Assembly (NCBI GenBank): GCA_964564335.1
Contig: CAZMBV010000003.1
Span: 1,953 to 38,861 of the forward strand
Direction: 5' to 3'
DNA from: an uncultured archaeon
Lineage (GTDB): Archaea; Asgardarchaeota; Thorarchaeia; Thorarchaeales; Thorarchaeaceae
DNA: 36,909 nucleotides
The notes under the pieces were generated by a model, which saw nothing but the letters and a program-made list of their open reading frames with translations, had not been told where the DNA came from and made no database searches. Shown piece by piece: positions 18,511 through 25,639 of this stretch. Numbering within the stretch: the first letter of the stretch is position 1; each line of letters begins with the position of its first letter. Both the position numbers and the translations under genes were made by a program.

Positions 18511-18888
18511 ATGAGAAAGTCAAGACTGTCGTCTCTTTGGAAGGATGTGCTACTTCACTTGTTTCGAATCCCAGCAACTCAAAAGTATCCATATGTTCCA
18601 CCCGATGTCCCTGATGGATTCAGAGGACGACACCTCTTCTACATCGATCGTTGCATTAGCTGCAAGCTGTGTGAACGAGTCTGCCCAGCAAAAGCAATTG
18701 AGATGATCGACATCGAAGGCGAGTTGCGACCGTTGTTTATGCTTGACCGTTGTGTTTTCTGCTATCAGTGCGCCGAGAGCTGTCCCAAAGATGCCATTGA
18801 TTTCTCAAAGAATTTTGAGCTTGCTAGCGGTAACAAATCTCAGCTCGTTGTCAGACCAGATGAGGAATTTAAGGAGAGTGAAGAATAG
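18511..18888 (+). CDS. nuoI: NuoI-like 2x[4Fe-4S] subunit
   Basis: PATQKYP..FRGRH, CISCKLCERVCP, CVFCYQCAESCP. ATG 18511 follows the nuoH stop. Confidence 0.9.
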   Translation: MRKSRLSSLWKDVLLHLFRIPATQKYPYVPPDVPDGFRGRHLFYIDRCISCKLCERVCPAKAIEMIDIEGELRPLFMLDRCVFCYQCAESCPKDAIDFSKNFELASGNKSQLVVRPDEEFKESEE

Positions 18889-18889
18889 A

Positions 18890-19354
18890 TTGATTCTTGA
18901 GATACTTGCTATTGGGCTTGTTGTCACCGCACTTCTTGCGGTAAATGTTGATGATCCTATTTACTCAGTGATTTCGTTAGCTTGTGTATTCGTTATCACA
19001 TCTTTGCTATACTTAGTGAATGGAGCATACTATGCTGCCATTTTTCAGTTTGTTATTGGAATAGGAACTCTTGCAATCTTGTTTGTGACCGCTGAGACCC
19101 TTGATGAAACACGTTTTGAGAAGAAGCCATCTAAGTTTCCAATTGGTACTATAGTCGCAGCTCTCATTCTTGTAGTTCCAGTGATTTTTCTCACAATTCC
19201 AGTGATACGGATTATTCCTGAACCTGCAGGTAATCTGCCCTATGTGTTGTGGGATTTGAGGTCTATTGATGTGATTCTGCAGGGCATTATCATGTTGGTT
19301 ATTGCTATTGGTATGATTATTCTTCTGAAAAACGAAAGGGAGGCAGATCGCTGA
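18890..19354 (+). CDS. nuoJ: NuoJ-like membrane subunit
   Basis: 5 hydrophobic segments, YSVISL..AAIFQF. Lies between I and K. Likely TTG start at 18890; the track start at 18743 overlaps nuoI. Confidence 0.8.
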   Translation: MILEILAIGLVVTALLAVNVDDPIYSVISLACVFVITSLLYLVNGAYYAAIFQFVIGIGTLAILFVTAETLDETRFEKKPSKFPIGTIVAALILVVPVIFLTIPVIRIIPEPAGNLPYVLWDLRSIDVILQGIIMLVIAIGMIILLKNEREADR

Positions 19355-19692
19355 TGGACTATCTGATTCTATCAATGATACTCATGGCAATAGGTGTCTA
19401 TGGTCTCTTGACCAAATACAGGTTTCTAAAGATGGTAGTGTCAATTGAGATACTCGCCATTGCTGCAACAATGAACTTTGTTCTTCTTGTATCTGCAACA
19501 GGCATACGCCTGGGTGAGGCACTTCTCGTATTGGCGTTCTCGACAGACATCTGCGTGTCGTCAGTAGTAGTGGCTTTGCTTGTGATAGTATCGAGGAAGT
19601 ATGGGACTACTGATATTCGGGAACTAGCTAGAATGATCCGAGATCGAACAGAGACTCCTGAATCTGAACAAACAACATCGGAGGAAGAGTGA
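19354..19692 (+). CDS. nuoK: NuoK-like membrane subunit
   Basis: IGVYGLL..KMVVSIEIL..NFV, 3 TM, RKYGTTDI. Confidence 0.87.
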   Translation: MDYLILSMILMAIGVYGLLTKYRFLKMVVSIEILAIAATMNFVLLVSATGIRLGEALLVLAFSTDICVSSVVVALLVIVSRKYGTTDIRELARMIRDRTETPESEQTTSEEE

Positions 19693-21645
19693 TTGCTACC
19701 ACTTGCTCCTTGGTTAGTATGGATTATACCTCTTGCATCTAGTTTGTTAATTCCTGTCATGAATAGGATTAGTGACAAAGCACGGGATTACTTTGCAGTA
19801 GTTTCAATTTTTGTCACATTCCTATTTGCCGCCTCGATTATTCCTGATGTGTACTTTGGGCCAGCAGTAGGCACAGACCTAACTGCACCATGGCTTCCGA
19901 TAATTGGAGTAACCGCAGGTATTGTTGTTGATCCCCTCAGCATCCTTTTTGCTAATCTGATTTCCTTCCTAGGTCTCATCATTATTGTATATTCTCTAGG
20001 ATACATGAAAGATGAGGAGGGACTATCACGATACTACTTCTTCCTCACCTTCTTCCTTGGCTCGATGATTGGACTAGTAATGTCGGACAACTTTCTACAG
20101 ATGTTCATTTTCTGGGAGATGGTTGGACTCTGTTCATCCGCACTTGTGTCATTTTGGAGTAAGCGTGTTGAGGTTGTTCGGGCAGGTACTAAGGTCTTTT
20201 TGATGACCCGAATTGGAGATGTATCTTTCTTAGCTGCAATTGCTGTTCTATATGCGAATCTGGGCTCGTTTTCATTTTCATATACAATGGCTCATATTGG
20301 TGATTTGCCTCTCTCTACTATTACCACGGTTGCTTTTCTCATTCTTGGCGGAGCCCTAGTGAAATCTGCGCAATTCCCTCTCCATACTTGGCTTTACACT
20401 GCCATGGAGGCACCTACATCGGTTAGTGCACTTCTCCATGGCGCTACCATGGTCAAGGCGGGTGTGTATCTTCTGGCAAGAGTGTTCATCCTATTTGGTC
20501 CCCTCATCCCTCTAATTCCGATGTGGTTGGAGTCAATTGCATGGATAGGCGCTTTAACTGCGTTTATTGGTGCCACATTGGCATTTGGAACGCCGGATAT
20601 CAAGGGAGTTCCAGCTTACTCGACTGTGAGTCAAATCGGATTTATGATGGCGGCATTTGGAACGGCTTCCTCATCTGCTGCACTTGGATGGTTTGCGGGT
20701 CTGTTCCATCTTATGAGCCATGCATTCTTTCAGAGTCTTGGTTTTCTTGCAATTGGAGCTATCATTCATATGCTGGGAACCCGTGATATGAGAAAGATGG
20801 GAGGTATCAGAAAATTGATGCCTGTTACCTTTGCACTTTGTATCGTGGTACTTTTCGCTCGAACAGGTGTGCCACCATTCGCTAGCTTCTTCAGTAAGGG
20901 ACTTATTGTCAAGAGTCTCTTGATAACAGGAGATCTACTTCAACTCATAATTGTCTATGGCGCAATCGCCCTCACATTTGCTTACACTCTCAGGTTCACA
21001 ATACTGACATTTCTCAGGGGGCAGTCAGACTATGTCAAAAATGCGAACTTGCATGAAGCACCAAAAATTATGCTTATCGCATGTATCATCCTTGCCATCT
21101 TGTGTACAGTATGGGGATTTGTAGCAAATCTATTTGCATCATTCATGCACGTTGGTCAAGTTGTTCAATTCAGTGAAATCTTCAGCATTCCTACAGTGAT
21201 ATTCGTGTTTGTCCTATTCTTAGGAGGATTCCCTGTCTACCTCTACTATTACAAGATGGATGGCATTGAGAGTACATTCAAGACGAAGTTCATTCTCCCC
21301 CTCAGCACAGTAGCTGGAAATGGTTTCTATATCGATAAGTTCTATGACCGCTTTGTCGGTGGCGGCGTTGCTAAGATATCTAGAGGAGTCCGTACTGCTG
21401 AGTACTCATTCTTTGAGCGTATACCAACATATGTTTCTCATGGTGCCAATCGTTTCACAAGTAGAGTACATTCTGGTTTTGATATTGCTATCAGCAAGAT
21501 TCTGTACTTCACCCGTGATAGATGGCTCTCAAAGGATGATAGAAGTCCCCATGATGTTGATGGCTCTTTACCATCATACCTTGTGGTATTCCTTGTTGGA
21601 GTTCTGATTCTTGTTGTAATGATTCTGATGACTATATGGGTGTGA
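19693..21645 (+). CDS. nuoL: NuoL-like antiporter subunit
   Basis: FWEMVGLCS, RIGD, KSAQFPLHTWL..AMEAPTSVSALLHGATMVKAG and FFSK. Long C-terminal extension (GFYIDKFYD). Confidence 0.92.
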   Translation: MLPLAPWLVWIIPLASSLLIPVMNRISDKARDYFAVVSIFVTFLFAASIIPDVYFGPAVGTDLTAPWLPIIGVTAGIVVDPLSILFANLISFLGLIIIVYSLGYMKDEEGLSRYYFFLTFFLGSMIGLVMSDNFLQMFIFWEMVGLCSSALVSFWSKRVEVVRAGTKVFLMTRIGDVSFLAAIAVLYANLGSFSFSYTMAHIGDLPLSTITTVAFLILGGALVKSAQFPLHTWLYTAMEAPTSVSALLHGATMVKAGVYLLARVFILFGPLIPLIPMWLESIAWIGALTAFIGATLAFGTPDIKGVPAYSTVSQIGFMMAAFGTASSSAALGWFAGLFHLMSHAFFQSLGFLAIGAIIHMLGTRDMRKMGGIRKLMPVTFALCIVVLFARTGVPPFASFFSKGLIVKSLLITGDLLQLIIVYGAIALTFAYTLRFTILTFLRGQSDYVKNANLHEAPKIMLIACIILAILCTVWGFVANLFASFMHVGQVVQFSEIFSIPTVIFVFVLFLGGFPVYLYYYKMDGIESTFKTKFILPLSTVAGNGFYIDKFYDRFVGGGVAKISRGVRTAEYSFFERIPTYVSHGANRFTSRVHSGFDIAISKILYFTRDRWLSKDDRSPHDVDGSLPSYLVVFLVGVLILVVMILMTIWV

Positions 21646-21646
21646 T

Positions 21647-23134
21647 ATGATGACTATGGCTCTTCTTCTCATACTGGCTCTGTTCGCAGCTGCGATACCA
21701 ATTTCATATCTTGCTGAGAGAGCACGGACTGGTCTAGGCGCTCTGACGCTCTTCATTGTGGCGACAATAGGCATGTTTCTGCTTTCTACAACAATACCAG
21801 AAATACTCAACGCTGCGAACAATAACCGATATACTGAAACATATTACTGGGTTCCGGAGATAGATGCATCATTTTCACTCTTTGTTGATGGGATTAGCTT
21901 TTCGATTTCATTTATTGCCTTAATCCTGATTGCTCTAACTTCACTCTATTCCATTCCCTATATGAAAGACAGAGATGACATTAATCCATATTATTCCCTC
22001 TTAGCACTCCTATCTCTTGGACTCCTAGGCATTTTCATCACTAGCAATCTCTTGTTGTTTTACTTCTTCTGGGAACTGATTCTCATCCCCTCGTACTTCA
22101 TTATAGGTACGTGGGGGGGAGGGGATTCCTATGGTGTTGCATTCAAATTCTTTATCATCACACATGCAGGTGCGGTTCTTGTACTCCTTGGGATTGGCTC
22201 GGTCTTTGTCATCACTGGGAGCTTGGATATGTTTCAAGTAACAGCTGCACTTGCTACCATGCAGACCGGACCTATTGGTTGGATACTTATTGCGTTCACA
22301 ATTGGGTTCGCAGTGAAACTTGCAGTTATCCCAGCGCATATATGGCTCCCTGATGCGTATTCAGAGAGCCCTGCAACCATGTCTGCACTCCTTGGTGGAG
22401 TGATGACCACTGCTGGTGCCTATGGTATCTTGCGGATCTCACTTGGTGTTGTGCTTCCAGCTTTGTTATCCAATCCATTCGGAGTACAATTCCTGCATAC
22501 TCTAGCCCTCTTTGGAATCTTATCTGCTCTCTTTGGATCTCTTGTGGCTGTTCAAGAGAATGATGTGAACCGAATGCTGGCATACTCAAGTATTTCTCAC
22601 ATGGGGTATGTGGTTTTTGCTCTCTCACTCTTCCCGAATCCCCTAGCCATTATTGCAACTGTCCTCCATCTGCTCAATCACGGTGCAACTAAAGGACTCT
22701 TTTTCCTCACAACGGGTGACATTGTGAAGAAAGCTGGGACGAGAGATATGAATGAACTCAGTGGAGTGGCATCTTGCATGCCAGTCACTGGCACATGCTC
22801 AGCAATCTCTGCATTAAGCATTGGTGGAGTACCGCCGTTCGCATGTTTCATTAGCGAGTTCCTAATTTTCATGAGCGCTTTCCAAGTAGCTATTATAGAT
22901 AGTTTCTATCTAATTCCCACATTTCTCTTGCTAGCCGCGAATGTACTCTCCCTAGCTTATGCATTAAGATATGTTGGCAATGTACTGCTCGGGCCCCCTG
23001 ATACCAATCAGATGAACGAACGGTCAGCATTAGTACTTGGAGTAGTTGTGGCGTTAGCCGTTATAGTGGTTATTCTGGGTATATGGCCTTCAATATTTAC
23101 ACAACTCATCGCACTTGTCAATTTTCAAACATGA
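21647..23134 (+). CDS. nuoM: NuoM-like antiporter subunit
   Basis: FYFFWELILIPSY..WGG, AVKLAVIPAHIWLPDAY, LAYSSISHMG, FISEF. Confidence 0.9.
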   Translation: MMTMALLLILALFAAAIPISYLAERARTGLGALTLFIVATIGMFLLSTTIPEILNAANNNRYTETYYWVPEIDASFSLFVDGISFSISFIALILIALTSLYSIPYMKDRDDINPYYSLLALLSLGLLGIFITSNLLLFYFFWELILIPSYFIIGTWGGGDSYGVAFKFFIITHAGAVLVLLGIGSVFVITGSLDMFQVTAALATMQTGPIGWILIAFTIGFAVKLAVIPAHIWLPDAYSESPATMSALLGGVMTTAGAYGILRISLGVVLPALLSNPFGVQFLHTLALFGILSALFGSLVAVQENDVNRMLAYSSISHMGYVVFALSLFPNPLAIIATVLHLLNHGATKGLFFLTTGDIVKKAGTRDMNELSGVASCMPVTGTCSAISALSIGGVPPFACFISEFLIFMSAFQVAIIDSFYLIPTFLLLAANVLSLAYALRYVGNVLLGPPDTNQMNERSALVLGVVVALAVIVVILGIWPSIFTQLIALVNFQT

Positions 23135-23143
23135 GGAGATATT

Positions 23144-24640
23144 ATGATAGACATTCTAGATATTCTTGCAATACCCACCATCCTTATCCTAATGGGAGTT
23201 CTAACAATACCTGTGATCAAGATACTTCACACAAAACCTCGGTATTTCAGGGAGCTACTCATTGGATGGTTTCTGATCGGCTTCGCTCTCTGCATTATTG
23301 CAATCGCTAATCTCTCCTTCAAATACTTCAATCTCGAACCGATAGTCCCATTCTTCAATATCAATATTGCAGGAATTGAATTCTTGGTATTTTCAAGCAG
23401 TTTTCTGGTCGACGCCCTCTCTGTCTATATTGTTGTGATTTTCATAATAATTGGTGCGATCGCAGTCATATATGGTGTTCTAAGTGAGAAGGATAAGGGA
23501 CAAATCACGGAACGATACTATGCAGTGATGCTCATAGTGCTTGCAGGACTGATGGGAGCCGCACTTGCAGGAGATCTACTCACGCTCTTCATTTTTTGGG
23601 AGGTCTCAGCAGCTGGTTCTAGTTTTCTCATGCTTTATCGGAAGACCCCCAGATCGATTCATGCCACGCTCAAGTATTTGGTCATGATTGTCATAGGCTC
23701 CAGTTTCATCATGTACGGTCTCTCAATCGTCTTTAGTATTGCAGGCACTCTAAACTTCTGGGAGGTCAGGAATGTCCTGATAATTTTCAGTGATAAAACG
23801 CTCTTACTTGTAGCATTCGGATTCATAGCCGGAGGTTATGCAATCGAGGCTGCAATAGTCCCATTCCATCTATGGCTTCCGGACGCATACACGGAGGCGC
23901 CAGCATCATCGTCTGCCTTTCTTTCAGGATTGGTCGATCAGGGTAGCTACTACGTGCTGTTGAGAGTACTCATCTATATTCTGACTCCAACCGTGGTTGT
24001 CAACTGGACTACCACTATTGCAGTGTTCGCAGCTCTCAGTATGATTGTGGGGAATCTTCGAGCACTAACGGAAGTCAACATCAAACGTCTTGTAGCATAC
24101 ATCTGCGTTGCAGATGTGGGTTACAATCTTGTAGCCATAAGCAGTATGACACATGTTGGTGTGATGGCTAATCTCTTCTTCTTCTTCGTCGGGGGAATGG
24201 CTACTGCCCTTGCCTTTATGACTGTAGGATTGTTGAATAGTATGGGTATTGAAACATTAGATGACTTCAATGGGATAGGCAGATCCGTTCCATGGACTAG
24301 TCTAGGTCTCTCATTTAGTCTATTATCATTCACTGGGATTCCTCCATTTGCTGGTTTCTTTGCAAAATACCTTGTATTTACTTCCGCAATTGAAGGAGAT
24401 CTATCTTGGCTGGCAGTTATTGGCGTCACTGCAAGTGTCATCCAAGCAGCATATATATTCAGGCTCGTGAATCGAATGTATGGTCGTCCTTCATCACAAC
24501 AATTCAAAGTCAAAGAGTCAAGAGCTGCACTCATCCCCATTTTTATCCTCGGGTTAGCTCTGATAGTTCTTGGCTTCTTCCCAACGTTGGCTCTCAATCT
24601 GATACAACCGGTAGTCCAGGAGCTTCCAATGATACCATAA
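23144..24640 (+). CDS. nuoN: NuoN-like antiporter subunit
   Basis: FIFWEV, ATLKYL, VPFHLWLPDAYTEAP, GIPPFAGFFAKY. Last gene of the operon. Confidence 0.87.
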   Translation: MIDILDILAIPTILILMGVLTIPVIKILHTKPRYFRELLIGWFLIGFALCIIAIANLSFKYFNLEPIVPFFNINIAGIEFLVFSSSFLVDALSVYIVVIFIIIGAIAVIYGVLSEKDKGQITERYYAVMLIVLAGLMGAALAGDLLTLFIFWEVSAAGSSFLMLYRKTPRSIHATLKYLVMIVIGSSFIMYGLSIVFSIAGTLNFWEVRNVLIIFSDKTLLLVAFGFIAGGYAIEAAIVPFHLWLPDAYTEAPASSSAFLSGLVDQGSYYVLLRVLIYILTPTVVVNWTTTIAVFAALSMIVGNLRALTEVNIKRLVAYICVADVGYNLVAISSMTHVGVMANLFFFFVGGMATALAFMTVGLLNSMGIETLDDFNGIGRSVPWTSLGLSFSLLSFTGIPPFAGFFAKYLVFTSAIEGDLSWLAVIGVTASVIQAAYIFRLVNRMYGRPSSQQFKVKESRAALIPIFILGLALIVLGFFPTLALNLIQPVVQELPMIP

Positions 24641-24687
24641 GTGAAGAATGATGCATTTCTAGTCAAGGATATTTGACCATAGGAATT

Positions 24688-25344
24688 CTACTTCCATTCA
24701 TCGCCAAAACGAGCTTTTTGACCATTAGGTCTTGGCTCGTATGACCAAGGTACGGGGTTTTTCATAATTATTGAAGCCAATTGTGTAACACGTTTACCCA
24801 TTTGTTCGGCCATTGCCATTGCTTCAGTATCAGCACGGATATCACCAGGATTTAGGGCAAACCCGATTGGCCAATTAACACCACCTGGGATAATCATTTC
24901 CTTCACATAGATGAAAAATAGAATTGCTGAAAGTGATAGGTCCATGCCAGACCTTCTGCCCACCACAAAACCGCATGAAACCTTCCCTTCAAGATGAAGG
25001 AATCTACCGGTCCGGTCCATTAAATTCTTCAATAAAGTGGCTATCGTGCCATGATGACCTGGCGAACCAAATATGATGCCATCTGCTAATTTCATTCTTT
25101 CTGCAACGTGATTCAAATCGTCGTCTTGTACACACTTTCCAATCTGATAACATTCTCCGCAGTGTTTACATTCTCTAATATCAAGCTCAGCTAAACCGAC
25201 ATATTCAATCTGTGCTTCTTCATTTTGAGCAGATTCGAGAGCTGTTTCAATGAGTGTTGATGTATTACTGTTTATTCTGGGACTACCAGAAATTCCAAGA
25301 ATTCTTGTTCTCAAATCTATTACCTCGATGTCATTAGAATTCAC
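24688..25344 (-). CDS. Iron-sulfur flavoprotein (Isf)/flavodoxin-family FMN reductase
   Basis: GISGSPR..SNT, CKHCGECYQIGKC, ADGIIFGSP, LKNLMDR. Start codon uncertain. Confidence 0.88.
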   Translation of the reverse strand: MNSNDIEVIDLRTRILGISGSPRINSNTSTLIETALESAQNEEAQIEYVGLAELDIRECKHCGECYQIGKCVQDDDLNHVAERMKLADGIIFGSPGHHGTIATLLKNLMDRTGRFLHLEGKVSCGFVVGRRSGMDLSLSAILFFIYVKEMIIPGGVNWPIGFALNPGDIRADTEAMAMAEQMGKRVTQLASIIMKNPVPWSYEPRPNGQKARFGDEWK

Positions 25345-25639
25345 TTCAAAGGAGTATTTTTTTTATTTTCTAACCCGTATATTGTTATTGAGTTCGAAAA
25401 AATACTTCTGACCAGTATAAAAAGCTTTGAAAGTTTCATTTTGTCGCGTGATACTATTGAATTCATTAATTATTGAAAAATCAATGTTTTTTTTTAACTA
25501 GGGACCTTTTTTTAATCTCAAATAAAGTCTGGCTCGTGCGAGTCTGCAATTCATGTATCTTATAGCATTTGGGGATAAAGAATGATAGAGTAAATTCACT
25601 CGTCGATGCCATTATTAGATAGTCTGGTTAGACCAAAAA

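Noticed and set aside
22113-22124. G-rich run in nuoM as a phase-variation or frameshift site
   Set aside because: It encodes the conserved WGG loop and the frame stays intact.
15133-24640. Annotation as NADH:quinone oxidoreductase (complex I) or Fpo
   Set aside because: There is no NuoEFG/FpoF, the NiFe cysteines are intact and the quinone-site His/Tyr motifs are absent. The nuo symbols denote homology only.
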